From: an uncultured Roseburia sp.
GTDB lineage: Bacteria; Bacillota; Clostridia; Lachnospirales; Lachnospiraceae
NCBI GenBank assembly: GCA_944375975.1
Contig: CALWBG010000001.1
Span: 1-56,836 of the forward strand
Direction: 5' to 3'
Length of the DNA stretch: 56,836 bases
The notes under the pieces: model-generated
Database searches by the model: none
What the model was told of the DNA's origin: nothing
The model's input: the letters and a program-made list of their open reading frames with translations, nothing else
Program-made: the position numbers and the translations under genes
Shown: one piece after another, positions 27,751 through 38,527 of the stretch
How the letters are laid out: each line of letters starts with the position of its first letter
Position numbering within the stretch: position 1 is the first letter of the stretch

Positions 27751-28080
27751 TCATCCCATATAAAGAACCTTATAGTACATTTCCAGCGAACGGAGCAGCT
27801 CCTCCTTCGTCCGTTGCAGTTCCTTAATCTTCAGCCCGCAGCCGATATCGTCATAGAGCAGGTCTCCCTCGTCACAGGAGGTCTTAAACTGCAAATTTCC
27901 ATTTTCGTCGAATACGAGTTCAAAAATTCCGCCGATGTCCTCGGTAAAAAGGACGCACATAATCTTCAGCTCGTCCCGGACAGCAGCCGGAAGTCCTTTA
28001 AAATCCTCGTTCAGATAATACTTCTTATTATAGGCGCTGGCCCCGCAAAGCACCACTTCTTCTCTGTCAGACATATCCAT
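27751..28080 (-). CDS. Conserved hypothetical protein (DUF6145-like)
   Basis: VLCGASAYNKKYYLN...YDDIGCGLKIK pattern; coupled to birA. Confidence 0.65.
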   Translation of the reverse strand: MDMSDREEVVLCGASAYNKKYYLNEDFKGLPAAVRDELKIMCVLFTEDIGGIFELVFDENGNLQFKTSCDEGDLLYDDIGCGLKIKELQRTKEELLRSLEMYYKVLYMG

Positions 28081-29044
28081 AAATTCCTCTCACTGATACT
28101 TCGCCGGACGACACGAGCCGCCTGCTCTCCCAAGTGTCTACAATCAGCTCGCCGTGCGGCGTAATTCCCATTGCCTGTCCCTCAAACGGCTCCTTCACAT
28201 CCAGCACCTTTACCTGCCTGTGCATATTCACAAGCCGGGCGTTATACTCCCTGACCAGTCCGCTTAAATCCTCTGTTTCCATAAAAACGGCATAATATTG
28301 CTCAAAACGCTCCAGCACCTTTTCGATCAGCTCCGCCCGATTTTCATGCTTTCCGGTCTCCAGATAAATGGAGGTTGCCGTCTCCGAAAATTCCTTCGGA
28401 AACGTCTCATTGTGCACGTTAATTCCGATTCCGACCACAATATGATTTACATAATCAAACTGTGCACTCATCTCCGTCAAAATTCCACAGACCTTTTTTC
28501 CGTTCATCACAATATCATTCGGCCACTTAATCCCCGCCGGTTTCCCCGTCTGCTCCGCAATCGCCGCCGAAACCGCCAGCGCCGCCACCAGCGTAAGCAT
28601 GGACGCACGGTTGGGATTAATATCCGGCTTTAACACCAGCGTCATAAAGATTCCGTCCCCTGCCGGAGAGGTAAAGCTTCTGCCACGCCTTCCTTTTCCG
28701 GCATCCTGCTGATTGGCAACCACCAGCGTCCCCGTGGGACAGCCCTCCTCCGCAAGCTGCTTTGCCCTGGTATTCGTCGAATCCAGCGTATCGTAATAAA
28801 AAATCCTGCACCCTGCCCATTTGGTTCTGCGTATGCTCAAAAGCTCGCTCTCGCTCAAACGGTCCGGTATCGATTTGATTTTATAACCTTTATTTTGGAC
28901 GGCTTCAATCACATAGCCTGCCTCTCTTAACTGCTTGACAGCTTTCCAGACCGCCGTTCTGGAAACCCCGAATTTTTCGCAAAGCTCCTGACCGGAAATA
29001 TAGTCGTCAGCCTCTTTCAATGCAGCCAGTAATTCTGTTCTCAT
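28067..29044 (-). CDS. birA: Bifunctional biotin--[ACC] ligase/repressor
   Basis: HTH ISGQEL...VSRTAVWK, STN, GKGRRGR, KWPND, KVCGIL. Confidence 0.95.
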   Translation of the reverse strand: MRTELLAALKEADDYISGQELCEKFGVSRTAVWKAVKQLREAGYVIEAVQNKGYKIKSIPDRLSESELLSIRRTKWAGCRIFYYDTLDSTNTRAKQLAEEGCPTGTLVVANQQDAGKGRRGRSFTSPAGDGIFMTLVLKPDINPNRASMLTLVAALAVSAAIAEQTGKPAGIKWPNDIVMNGKKVCGILTEMSAQFDYVNHIVVGIGINVHNETFPKEFSETATSIYLETGKHENRAELIEKVLERFEQYYAVFMETEDLSGLVREYNARLVNMHRQVKVLDVKEPFEGQAMGITPHGELIVDTWESRRLVSSGEVSVRGIYGYV

Positions 29045-29092
29045 CCGTTCCTCCACTATGCCGGAATTTTCAGGCAAACGCGTGTCCTGCCT

Positions 29093-30082
29093 TTATTCCC
29101 CCAGTGTTGCAAGCATAACTGCCTTGATGGTGTGCATGCGGTTTTCCGCCTCGTCAAACACCACCGACTGCGGGCTCTCAAACACCTCGTTTGTCACCTC
29201 AAGCTCGGCGTATCCGAATTTCTCATAAACCTCTTTTCCGATTTTCGTTCCCAAATCATGGAACGCCGGCAGACAGTGCATAAAAATCGCATCCGGCTTT
29301 GCGCGCTCCATGACTGCCCGGTTCACCTGGTACGGCATCAGATCAGACAACCGCTCCTCCCAGATTTCATCCGGTTCTCCCATGGAAACCCACACATCAG
29401 TATAAATCACATCGGCATCCTTCGTGCCCTCTGCCGCGTCCTCGGTCAGCGTAATCGTCGCTCCCGTCTCTTTGGCCGTATTACGGCAGTATTCCACAAG
29501 CTTTTCGTCCGGAAAATATTTTTTTGACGTACAGGCTACAAAGTCCATGCCGAGCTTCGCACAGGTTACCATCAAAGAATTGCCCATGTTATAGCGGGCA
29601 TCTCCCATATATACCAGCTTTACGCCCTTTAACCGTCCGAGATGCTCTCTTATCGTCAGCATATCGGCAAGCATCTGGGTCGGATGGAACTCATTGGTAA
29701 GGCCATTCCACACCGGAACGCCTGCGTATTTCGCAAGCTCCTCAACGATGTCCTGACCAAAGCCCCGGTATTCGATACCGTCAAACATACGCCCGAGCAC
29801 CCGCGCGGTGTCCGGTATGCTCTCCTTTTTGCCAATCTGAGACCCCGACGGATCCAGATAGGTGACATGCATTCCCAAATCATGCGCCGCAACCTCAAAG
29901 GAACAGCGGGTTCTCGTACTTGTCTTTTCAAAAATCAGCGCGATATTTTTCCCTTTTAAGCTGTCATGCAAAATTCCCTGCTTTTTTTTCGCTTTTAAAT
30001 CTGCGGCAAGGTCAATCAAATATGTAATTTCTTCCGGTGTATAATCCATTAATTTTAAAAAATTACGTCCTTTTAAATTCAT
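29093..30082 (-). CDS. argF: Ornithine carbamoyltransferase
   Basis: STRTR, HPTQ, DVWVSMG, HCLP; start MNLKGRNFL. Confidence 0.95.
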   Translation of the reverse strand: MNLKGRNFLKLMDYTPEEITYLIDLAADLKAKKKQGILHDSLKGKNIALIFEKTSTRTRCSFEVAAHDLGMHVTYLDPSGSQIGKKESIPDTARVLGRMFDGIEYRGFGQDIVEELAKYAGVPVWNGLTNEFHPTQMLADMLTIREHLGRLKGVKLVYMGDARYNMGNSLMVTCAKLGMDFVACTSKKYFPDEKLVEYCRNTAKETGATITLTEDAAEGTKDADVIYTDVWVSMGEPDEIWEERLSDLMPYQVNRAVMERAKPDAIFMHCLPAFHDLGTKIGKEVYEKFGYAELEVTNEVFESPQSVVFDEAENRMHTIKAVMLATLGE

Positions 30083-30236
30083 CGTATTCTCCAATCCTGA
30101 GCGTTTTGTACGACGCAAATTCATCCATTTGCATCTGCTATCAGAAACTGTTATAACGCTCCTGCACATTATGGTGATAGTGACAACGGACGGTTCCGCA
30201 GCGCGTACCATCCGTCGTTGATTTTCATATCAGATT

Positions 30237-31169
30237 TTATTTGTTGTCAAGCGCAACTTCTGTTACGGATTTCGCAAGTCCCGCGATTCCCTGAATTTCC
30301 GAAGGGATAATAATCTTGGTTGCCTTGCCGTCCGCAGCCTTCGCGAATGCTTCCAGGCTCTTTAACTGAATAACTCCCTGATCCGGAGCTGCCTCTTTTA
30401 ACATGCGCAGACCATCCGCATTTGCCTGCTGGATTTTTAAAATCGCTTCCGCCTGGCCTTCCGCTTCGCGAATCGTTGCTTCCTTCTTCGCTTCCGCGCG
30501 AAGGATTGCAGCCTGCTTTTCCGCCTCCGCGTCAAGAATCGCCGACTCCTTTTTACCTTCCGCCACAAGGATGGTTGATTTCTTTTCACCTTCCGCGCGG
30601 AGGATTGCCTCACGGCGCTCACGCTCTGCCTTCATCTGTTTCTCCATAGCGTCCTGAATCGCTGCGGGAGGAACAATGTTCTTTAACTCTACACGGTTTA
30701 CCTTGATTCCCCACGGGTCTGTCGCCACGTCAAGGGAAGCACGCATCTTGGTGTTGATGGTCTCTCTGGAAGTCAGAGTTTCGTCCAACTCCAAATCACC
30801 GATGATATTTCTGAGCGTGGTTGCCGTCAGGTTTTCGATTGCCATAATCGGGTTTTCCACACCATACGCATACAGCTTCGGGTCGGTAATCTGGTAATAT
30901 ACGACCGTGTCAATCTGCATGGTTACATTATCCTCGGTAATTACCGGCTGCGGCGGGAAATCCACCACCTGCTCCTTTAAGATCACCCTCTTTGCAATGC
31001 GGTCAACAAACGGAGCCTTAAAATGAACCCCGACAGACCAGGTATCCAGGTAACCGCCCAGACGTTCCACAACAAACGCCTGTGCCTGCGGTACAACCTT
31101 GATACAGGATACAGCAATCAGGAATATTACGACAATTAAAATAATCAGTGCAATAATTACTCCAGGCAT
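30237..31169 (-). CDS. SPFH/stomatin-like (QmcA) membrane protein
   Basis: N-terminal TM, VVERLG, VITEDNV, QMKAERERRE; GGAGGAG RBS before ATG at 31169. Confidence 0.92.
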   Translation of the reverse strand: MPGVIIALIILIVVIFLIAVSCIKVVPQAQAFVVERLGGYLDTWSVGVHFKAPFVDRIAKRVILKEQVVDFPPQPVITEDNVTMQIDTVVYYQITDPKLYAYGVENPIMAIENLTATTLRNIIGDLELDETLTSRETINTKMRASLDVATDPWGIKVNRVELKNIVPPAAIQDAMEKQMKAERERREAILRAEGEKKSTILVAEGKKESAILDAEAEKQAAILRAEAKKEATIREAEGQAEAILKIQQANADGLRMLKEAAPDQGVIQLKSLEAFAKAADGKATKIIIPSEIQGIAGLAKSVTEVALDNK

Positions 31170-31198
31170 AAAAATCTCCTCCATAATCTGATAATATT

Positions 31199-31411
31199 CA
31201 CAGTATTCGTTGGGTTGCCGCAAATTGTATTTTCAATGTGCCAAAAGAACATGCTGCGATAGCAGCATTATTAAATTGCACAAAATTGCTCTTGGAAAAC
31301 TTGTTTTCCAGAAGCAATTTATGTGCAATGTTCACCTACCATAAGATATGGCAGGTGCTTTTGGCACCACATACTAAAAATACGGCAACTCAATACAGTA
31401 TTCCTACTGTG
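31199..31411 (-). ncRNA. Candidate highly structured RNA (6S-like long stem with bubble and branched head, or a cis-regulatory leader)
   Basis: Nested inverted repeats (7, 13 and 10 bp) enclosing three hairpins; putative TTGTAA-17-TAATAT promoter upstream on the minus strand. Confidence 0.55.
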
Positions 31412-31528
31412 CTCTGTTATTAAACATATTACTATATTTATTTGGAGATTACAACAAAACTTTTTACTTGCGTTTTCCACATAACAAAAATCGGCCAGAA
31501 ACATTTTCATGTCTCTGACCGAGTCTAT

Positions 31529-32896
31529 TTAGTAAAATACATGGTTTCCGATGACAACTCCCGCGCGTCCCGAGCTTGCTCTTGAAAAGCACGTTGCTCC
31601 GCCGGTATTATCCGCACCGTTTAACGCTTCCTGTGCCGCCTGTACGCAGCTTGCCTTCGGGCCGTTTGCCGCAATCTGTGCAACCATTCCCTTCCCGGCC
31701 GGCGGGAACTGCCCGCTCTGATAAATCACGTCATAAATGCTTCCCGGATAAGCCCCGGAACGGACTCTGTTCATGACAACCGCGCCAACGGCAAGCTGTC
31801 CTTCGTAGCTTTCATTTCCGGCCTCGCACTGAATCAGCGCCGCAAGCAATGTCACATCATCCACGGACGCACTTACCGCCTCATTCTGAACGGTTGTCGT
31901 CTGCGTCGTCTGTGCGGCTTCCTCCTGCGCCTGCTTTTCCTGCGCCGCCCGCTCTTCCTCAATGGAAATCGCTTCACCGAGCGCATAATCGGTTGTCACG
32001 TACGCGGCGCTGACATACGCTGTCTGGCCGTTATACTCAACCGCCACCCAATCCTCCGAAACCTGCGCATCCGTATCTACCGTAAGTACTGTTCCGGTCG
32101 ATACCGCCGTAATCACCGGCGCGTCCTCCGCAGCCTCGCTGCGGATGCGAAGTCCGTCTGTCTGGATTTCCGCCTGAAGCCCGACATTCTGCTGTGCATA
32201 ATTCAGCGCTTCTGTTCCCGATACGCAGTAGTCATTATTGACATAACCCTCTACACTGCCGGAAACGACATGCGTCCAGGTGTCTCCATCTTCCACAACC
32301 TCCGCCACATCGCCTTTATACAATTTTCCCACAATCTCCGCATCGGCAGCATCCGATGCCCTGACATACAAAAATTCATCTACGTCTGCCATCAGACGAT
32401 TCTGCCACTCCATTTCTTCCTGTGAGAGTGTCTCATCTGTCTGCTGGGTTTTTTCTACTGTCTTTTCCTCGGATGCAGCCTCCGTTGTCTCTGCCGTCAC
32501 GTCTTCCGTGGTTTCCTCAGTTGCGTCTGCCGCCGCGTCTTCCGCAGTTTCCGGCGATGCTTCTGCCGTCGTTCCCTCTGCGGTATCCCCAGCGTCTTCC
32601 GCTGACGTATCGACTGTCACATGCTCCGTCATATTTTCTGCCTCTGACGTCGTTTCCTCAGCCGCTGCAACCATCGTTGTCTGTGTCTGCTCCACGCTCG
32701 CTGCTGCTTCCGCCGAAACCCGATTCAATGATACGACAACGCCTGCCGTTCCTCCTGTAGCTAAGTCCGTCCTCATGTCAACCGCAGCCGTTACCGCTTC
32801 CGCTGAAACAGTATCGGCAGCATCCGCGACCGCACACATCATTACCATAGAACCGGCAATCATGATACCGCTGACCGCTCTTTTCCTCATACTCAT
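31529..32896 (-). CDS. Secreted cell-wall hydrolase: SH3 domains plus SleB/Hydrolase_2
   Basis: Signal-like N-terminus, acidic linker, two SH3b repeats, LIQCEAGNE...VGAVVMNRV...GQF...IGNHVF. Confidence 0.9.
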   Translation of the reverse strand: MSMRKRAVSGIMIAGSMVMMCAVADAADTVSAEAVTAAVDMRTDLATGGTAGVVVSLNRVSAEAAASVEQTQTTMVAAAEETTSEAENMTEHVTVDTSAEDAGDTAEGTTAEASPETAEDAAADATEETTEDVTAETTEAASEEKTVEKTQQTDETLSQEEMEWQNRLMADVDEFLYVRASDAADAEIVGKLYKGDVAEVVEDGDTWTHVVSGSVEGYVNNDYCVSGTEALNYAQQNVGLQAEIQTDGLRIRSEAAEDAPVITAVSTGTVLTVDTDAQVSEDWVAVEYNGQTAYVSAAYVTTDYALGEAISIEEERAAQEKQAQEEAAQTTQTTTVQNEAVSASVDDVTLLAALIQCEAGNESYEGQLAVGAVVMNRVRSGAYPGSIYDVIYQSGQFPPAGKGMVAQIAANGPKASCVQAAQEALNGADNTGGATCFSRASSGRAGVVIGNHVFY

Positions 32897-33076
32897 AGAA
32901 AACCTCCATCGGTGTTTACTAATTATTTAAATAGTATTACACCTTTGTTCTGTTTTATTCATATTTGTTACAATTATTACGGATTTGTTACAGTCGGAAT
33001 TATAGCAAAGCACTTTCCATTTGTCAAGTTTTTACATGGGTCACTCCCGCTCCGACCTGTTTTTTTATAAAGATAA

Positions 33077-33119
33077 AAGCGCCGGAGCCCGCTGTTTTCA
33101 AGGGCTCCGACGCTCTTTT
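33077..33119 (-). terminator. pgi terminator
   Basis: AGCGCCGGAGCCC...GGGCTCCGACGCT hairpin. Confidence 0.7.
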
Positions 33120-33128
33120 GTGCAATTT

Positions 33129-34484
33129 CTATAATCTTTTCAGAAGTTCTTCTCTCGCCTGCTCATATCCCGGTTTTCCGAGCAGCGCAAACATATTTTT
33201 CTTATAGCTTTCCACGCCCGGCTGATTGAACGGATTCACGCCCAGCAGATAGCCGCTGATGCCCACTGCAAACTCAAAGAAGTAAAATAACTCGCCCAGA
33301 TAGAATTCATTCTGCTCCGGAATCTTTACCATCAGGTTCGGTACGTTTCCGTCCGTATGCGCAAGAATCGTTCCGTTCATAGCGCTCTTATTGACAAAAT
33401 CCATATCTTTTCCGGCCAGATAATTCAGACCGTCAAGATCTACGGGCTCCTCATTGAGAACAACCGTCTCCCTGGACTTCTCTACATTAAGCACTGTCTC
33501 AAACATAATTCTGGAACCGTCCTGAATAAACTGTCCCATGGAATGAAGATCCGTGGTCAAATCTACAGAAGCCGGGAACAGACCTTTCTGATCCTTTCCT
33601 TCGCTCTCACCGTATAACTGTTTCCACCACTCCGCAACATAGTGAAGGCTTGGCTCATAATCGGCAAGCACCTCCACCGATTTGCCCTTGCGAAGCAGAA
33701 TATTGCGGATTGCGGCATATTGCAGGGAGTCATTATCTGCAAAATCCTGTTCCAGCGCAAGGCGTCTTCCTTCTGCCGCGCCTTCCATCAGCTTATCAAT
33801 ATCCGCGCCGCTGACTGCGATTGGCAGAAGGCCGACTGCTGTCAGAACGGAGAAACGTCCGCCGACATCATCCGGAACAACAAAGGTCTCGTAGCCCTCC
33901 TCCGTTGCAAGGTTCTTCAGCGCTCCCTTTGCCTTGTCCGTAGTTGCGTAGATTCTCTTTGCAGCTTCCTCTTTACCGTATTTCTTCTCAAGCATCTCTT
34001 TAAATACACGAAAAGCAATGGCCGGCTCCGTGGTAGTTCCGGACTTGGAAATAATATTGACGGAGAAATCCCTGTCTCCGATAACATCCATCAACCCTTT
34101 CAGATATGTACCGCTGATGCTGTTGCCCGCATAGTAGATTTCCGGTGTCTTTCTCATTTCCTTCGGAATATTATTATAAAAACCATGTCTCAAAAACTCA
34201 ATAGCAGCTCTTGCGCCCAGATAGGAACCTCCGATTCCGATAACCACAAGAACGTCCGAATCGGACTGAATTTTCTCAGCAGCTTTCTTGATCCGCGCAA
34301 ATTCCTCTTTATCATAATCAACCGGCAAATCAATCCATCCGAGGAAATCGTTTCCTGCCCCCTCCCTCGACATGAGCTGCGCCTTTGCGTCCGCCGCCAG
34401 CTTGCTCATATAAGCTACTTCTTCTTCGCTGATGAAACCAGCCGCTTTTGAATAGTCAAATGATACTTTTCCCATCTTCTGCAC
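33129..34484 (-). CDS. pgi: Glucose-6-phosphate isomerase
   Basis: [41 protein letters not shown]. Confidence 0.97.
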   Translation of the reverse strand: MQKMGKVSFDYSKAAGFISEEEVAYMSKLAADAKAQLMSREGAGNDFLGWIDLPVDYDKEEFARIKKAAEKIQSDSDVLVVIGIGGSYLGARAAIEFLRHGFYNNIPKEMRKTPEIYYAGNSISGTYLKGLMDVIGDRDFSVNIISKSGTTTEPAIAFRVFKEMLEKKYGKEEAAKRIYATTDKAKGALKNLATEEGYETFVVPDDVGGRFSVLTAVGLLPIAVSGADIDKLMEGAAEGRRLALEQDFADNDSLQYAAIRNILLRKGKSVEVLADYEPSLHYVAEWWKQLYGESEGKDQKGLFPASVDLTTDLHSMGQFIQDGSRIMFETVLNVEKSRETVVLNEEPVDLDGLNYLAGKDMDFVNKSAMNGTILAHTDGNVPNLMVKIPEQNEFYLGELFYFFEFAVGISGYLLGVNPFNQPGVESYKKNMFALLGKPGYEQAREELLKRL

Positions 34485-34576
34485 TCCTTTGTCCTTAACT
34501 TAATCAATAAATTCACTATGTAATATTCTATCAAACCTGTACCCGGATATCAAGCCGTTTTGACACATTTGAGGTC

Positions 34577-34891
34577 CTACGGGAAGACCTCCTCAAGCAC
34601 CTCGTGGATAAGTGAAACCTGGGTCTTCTCGTCAACAACGGGATTTTCAGACTTTTTCTCCCGCTGCTCCTTCGCCGGGCGAACTTCTTCCGCAGCCTCC
34701 TGCTGCTTCAAAGCGGTAAGAAGCCTCTCCATTTCCTCCTGAAGCTTTTCATTCTGCTTCCGAAGCACACGTCCGATTTTTTTTATCCTATGTAATACGG
34801 CGCCTAAAAGAATAACCGTCAAAGCCCCAAGCCCCGCGCACAGCCAGACGGCGTATTCCATCAGGAACGTTATAATCTGCTCCATACACAT
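34577..34891 (-). CDS. Hypothetical membrane-anchored coiled-coil protein
   Basis: N-terminal TM helix, AGAGG RBS. Confidence 0.6.
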   Translation of the reverse strand: MCMEQIITFLMEYAVWLCAGLGALTVILLGAVLHRIKKIGRVLRKQNEKLQEEMERLLTALKQQEAAEEVRPAKEQREKKSENPVVDEKTQVSLIHEVLEEVFP

Positions 34892-35143
34892 TACCTCTCT
34901 TCCCCAGCGACTGCCTGTCCCTGTTTTCTTACATTATTATAGAAGTAATTCCTCTCTTTGAAAAGGGATTGGGCTCGTAATTCGACCGCAACTTCTGACA
35001 TTTTCCGCGTGAAATGCTTTTTGGCATCATTTTATAAGTCTTTTCTTGACTTTTGCGCATAAGGGTATTATAAATAGGGAAGTGTAATGCGAAAATATAC
35101 TTCGAAGCGGAGTTTAAAAATATAACAGGAAAGGGTTTGTGCT

Positions 35144-36214
35144 ATGAAAAAAATTGTAATGACGGGGGGCGGTACCGCAGGACATGTCACTCCAAACATT
35201 GCCTTGCTGCCGGCTTTGCGAAACGAAGGATATGAGATTTCCTATATCGGTTCCTATGACGGCATTGAAAAGCGTTTAATCGAGGAGCAGGGAATCCCCT
35301 ATTACGGGATTTCCTCCGGCAAGCTCAGACGCTATTTTGACCCGAAAAATTTCTCCGACCCATTTAAGGTACTCAAAGGCTACTCCCAATCCATCCGCCT
35401 GCTAAAAAAAATAAAGCCGGATGTTGTATTTTCCAAGGGTGGTTTTGTCTCCGTCCCTGTTGTTTTAGCGGCAAAGCACTGTAAAATTCCCGCCATTATC
35501 CATGAATCGGATCTTACGCCCGGTCTTGCCAATAAGCTTGCTATTCCCAGCGCGACTAAGGTCTGCTGCACTTTCCCGGAAACCTTAAACTACCTTCCAC
35601 AGGAAAAAGCCGTCCTCACCGGCTCCCCAATCCGCCGCGAGCTTTTAAAAGGGGATGCGGCACATGCGTTCGCGCTCTGTCGTTTCTCGGATCACGCAAA
35701 GCCTGTGATTATGATTGTGGGAGGAAGCAGCGGCTCCCGTGCCATCAATACCGCTATCCGCGGTCTGTTGCCGGAGCTTTTAAAATCTTATAATATCATT
35801 CATCTATGCGGAAAAGGGAATCTGGATTCTTCCTTATATGATGTATCGGGATATGCACAATTTGAATATGCCAATCAGGAGCTTGCAGATATGTTTGCTC
35901 TGGCGGATCTTGTAATTTCCCGTGCCGGGGCCAATGCCATTTGTGAGCTTCTGGCTCTGCATAAGCCCAATATTTTAATTCCGCTGTCTGCGGCGGCAAG
36001 CCGGGGCGACCAGATTTTAAACGCCAATTCTTTCCGCTCACAGGGCTTTAGCTATGTTCTGGAAGAGGAAGACGTCACGAATACGACTCTGCTTGAGGCG
36101 ATTGAATATGTCTTCGAAAAAAAGAATGATTACATTGCGGCAATGAAAAACAGCGCAAGCCGCAACTCCATTGATACGATTGTCGGATTGATTTTGAACG
36201 CGTCAAAAAAATAG
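35144..36214 (+). CDS. murG: Lipid II GlcNAc transferase MurG
   Basis: GGGTAGHV, KGGFVS, HESD, GGSSG, RAGA, DQILNA. Confidence 0.95.
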   Translation: MKKIVMTGGGTAGHVTPNIALLPALRNEGYEISYIGSYDGIEKRLIEEQGIPYYGISSGKLRRYFDPKNFSDPFKVLKGYSQSIRLLKKIKPDVVFSKGGFVSVPVVLAAKHCKIPAIIHESDLTPGLANKLAIPSATKVCCTFPETLNYLPQEKAVLTGSPIRRELLKGDAAHAFALCRFSDHAKPVIMIVGGSSGSRAINTAIRGLLPELLKSYNIIHLCGKGNLDSSLYDVSGYAQFEYANQELADMFALADLVISRAGANAICELLALHKPNILIPLSAAASRGDQILNANSFRSQGFSYVLEEEDVTNTTLLEAIEYVFEKKNDYIAAMKNSASRNSIDTIVGLILNASKK

Positions 36215-36223
36215 TTTTCTGTC

Positions 36224-36266
36224 GTCGGATAATGCCCTGCCGAAAGGTGCATTATCCGACTTTTTT
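36224..36266 (+). terminator. murG/HIT terminator
   Basis: GTCGGATAATGC...GCATTATCCGAC followed by a T-tract. Confidence 0.75.
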
Positions 36267-36282
36267 GCATCAATAAAACAGC

Positions 36283-36699
36283 TTAGCATTTTAAGCTTTC
36301 GCAGATTTCCTTCATCTCTTCCTGGGAAAAGGTCTCGTGACTCCACTGTAAAATGTCACGGTTCTTTGCCTCTTTGTACCGCGGAATGAGGTGCATATGG
36401 AAATGGAATACCGTCTGCCCCGCAATCTCATGGTTATTCTGCACGATGTTGAATCCATCGCAGCCGAGAACCTCTGTCATATGCGCCGCAAGCTTCTTCG
36501 CCAGCTTCATGGCACATGCGGCCGTATCCTCGTCAATATCATAGATGTCCGCATAATGTTCTTTCGGCAGAATCAGCGCGTGCCCCTTCGACGCCGGGCT
36601 TGCGTCCAGGATTACCTTGAACGCTTCATCCTCATAAATCGTGTGCGACGGTATCTCTCCCTCAATGATTTTGCAGAAAATACAAGCTTTCTCTCTCAT
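36283..36699 (-). CDS. HIT-family nucleotide hydrolase
   Basis: CIFCKI...GQTVFHFHMHLIPR histidine triad. Confidence 0.95.
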   Translation of the reverse strand: MREKACIFCKIIEGEIPSHTIYEDEAFKVILDASPASKGHALILPKEHYADIYDIDEDTAACAMKLAKKLAAHMTEVLGCDGFNIVQNNHEIAGQTVFHFHMHLIPRYKEAKNRDILQWSHETFSQEEMKEICESLKC

Positions 36700-36838
36700 T
36701 TTTCATCCTCTCTTTCTGTTTTAATTTACATTTGTCGAATTTTGTAATATCATTATGATTGAACTTTACAGTTAGCAATGCTAAACTACTTGGTATCGGC
36801 ACCGAAGGTGCATGTTTTTCGAAAAGACGGGAGTTCCA

Positions 36839-37486
36839 ATGTTATCGAACGAAGATTACCTTAATATTTTTCATGAAATCAAAAATTCCATCACACTCAT
36901 CAGCGGTTCTCTCCAACTGGTTGAAAAAAGACATCCCGAAGTCAGCCAATTTGACTACTGGAAAGAAGCCATGTCAGAAATCACCTTTCTAAGGAATATG
37001 GTAGTCCAACTCTCATCTGCCGGGCTGTGCAGCCACTTAAATCTGACCCGGGTAGATGTTTACGACTTTATGCACCAGATTTACGACTCCATCTCTACAT
37101 TACCCCTGAAAAACTGGAAGTGCCGGCTGGTAATGGGCGACGCTCTCCCTCAAATAGAAATAGACCCCGGCCTGTTGAAGCAGGCAATTATCAACATTGT
37201 AAAAAATGCATATGAAGCTATGGACAACACCGGCTCCATCCGTATTGATGTTTCTTTGTCGGAAGGTCTTATACACATCGCTGTGACCGATCACGGCGGC
37301 GGTCTGGATCCCGCCTTTTCCGACAACATTTTTCAGTCCTTTACTACATCCAAAACCGGCGGAAGCGGTCTCGGTCTGGTAATTACCAAACAGATCATTG
37401 ATGCGCATCATGGCACTCTCATCTGCGACTCGCGCCCGGGAGACGGCTGTACTTTTACCATCTCGCTTCCTCTTACGCAAAGCTGA
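36839..37486 (+). CDS. Orphan soluble histidine kinase (HisKA plus HATPase only)
   Basis: HEIKNSI, NIVKNA, DHGGG, GSGLGL; no TM or sensor domain and no adjacent regulator. Confidence 0.85.
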   Translation: MLSNEDYLNIFHEIKNSITLISGSLQLVEKRHPEVSQFDYWKEAMSEITFLRNMVVQLSSAGLCSHLNLTRVDVYDFMHQIYDSISTLPLKNWKCRLVMGDALPQIEIDPGLLKQAIINIVKNAYEAMDNTGSIRIDVSLSEGLIHIAVTDHGGGLDPAFSDNIFQSFTTSKTGGSGLGLVITKQIIDAHHGTLICDSRPGDGCTFTISLPLTQS

Positions 37487-38462
37487 ACATCGTATCCAGC
37501 ATTCGAAGTATCTTAAAATTACCTTTTGCTGTCATTTCACCGGTCATAAACGCTCTTTGGAAGGTCATTCTTCCCTCCACAATACCGTCTAAGACCTCCG
37601 GCCGCAGTTTTGCGTAAACGTCTATATTTTCCTCCTGCCCATAATGCATCGTCAATTCTCCCTGGGCAACCTCCGCAAAAAGAGGTTTCTTTTTTCCCTC
37701 TAAAATAAACAGATATCTTGCCTTAAAATCCGGCTGGGGAACAAAATGCGAGCGGAAAGTCTCAATGTAAGCTTCCTCCTCCTGCTCCGCCTTGCCCAAC
37801 ATGTCCTTAAACATGGAAGCAAGCTCCTCAATATCCTCTTTTTGTTTTTTTACATAGCTGTCATCCGAAACATATTTTGACAACTGTTCGCTCTCCTGAG
37901 GTGTCAGCTCCATCTGCGGCGTTCTCAGAACCGCCTGCTTTACTGCCTGATTGCTGGACGGAAGCGACTTTATTTTCTGAGAAATCGTACGGTAGAGTCC
38001 CTCCGCCTTCTTCTCGATGAGATTCGTATAGTCTTTATTCATTTCAAAGCTGACAAGATCCTCCACATACCCGCAGAGTCCCGGACAGGGCTGGCCCCCC
38101 AGAATTTCCCATGCGCTCGCAAGCGTCAGTTCTCCCTCTCTCTCTCCGTAGGTCGTTGACATCACAATCGGCTGCATATAGGTTGTCTTAATCTTTTCCT
38201 TATCTCCATAAAGCCAGCAGGCATCCAAAAATTGCTGCATATACCCGCCTATGCCAAGCCATTCCACCGTTGTCGCGAGAATAATCCCATCGGCCCCCTT
38301 CATCGTCTGCGGAAGCGTCGCGATTTCGTTTTTATGTTCATATATATTGATACGTTCCACTGTAACACGAAGCTCGTTAAGTACTTCTTCTATCTTTTTC
38401 AATACATACAAAGTCGGATCATCCAACAATCCTCTGCCGCCATAATAAATGTTTACTTTCAT
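37473..38462 (-). CDS. Flavodoxin-like domain plus SCP2 sterol-carrier domain protein
   Basis: ADGIILATTVEW...MQQFLD N-terminus; C-terminal FQRAFMTGEMTAKGNF. Confidence 0.8.
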   Translation of the reverse strand: MKVNIYYGGRGLLDDPTLYVLKKIEEVLNELRVTVERINIYEHKNEIATLPQTMKGADGIILATTVEWLGIGGYMQQFLDACWLYGDKEKIKTTYMQPIVMSTTYGEREGELTLASAWEILGGQPCPGLCGYVEDLVSFEMNKDYTNLIEKKAEGLYRTISQKIKSLPSSNQAVKQAVLRTPQMELTPQESEQLSKYVSDDSYVKKQKEDIEELASMFKDMLGKAEQEEEAYIETFRSHFVPQPDFKARYLFILEGKKKPLFAEVAQGELTMHYGQEENIDVYAKLRPEVLDGIVEGRMTFQRAFMTGEMTAKGNFKILRMLDTMFSFA

Positions 38463-38527
38463 TTGTTACCTCTTTTTTCAGCTTTTTGTAAGTCCTGTCA
38501 TCAGTATATAAAGTTTCATACTTAAAA

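Noticed and set aside
30083-30211. N-terminal extensions in the ORF track (argF here; also lmuA, SPFH, mecA, tadB, 25388-26065)
   Set aside because: Downstream starts have better RBSs and match family N-termini; the extensions overlap terminators or neighbouring genes.
31360-31420. T-box or c-di-GMP-I/lysine riboswitch reading of the SPFH leader
   Set aside because: TGTGGTGCC deviates from the T-box GGTGGNACC and no terminator follows; the core motifs of the other riboswitches are missing.
32420-32720. Ala/Glu/Thr-rich quasi-repeats in the cell-wall hydrolase
   Set aside because: Ordinary low-complexity linker, not a DNA repeat element.
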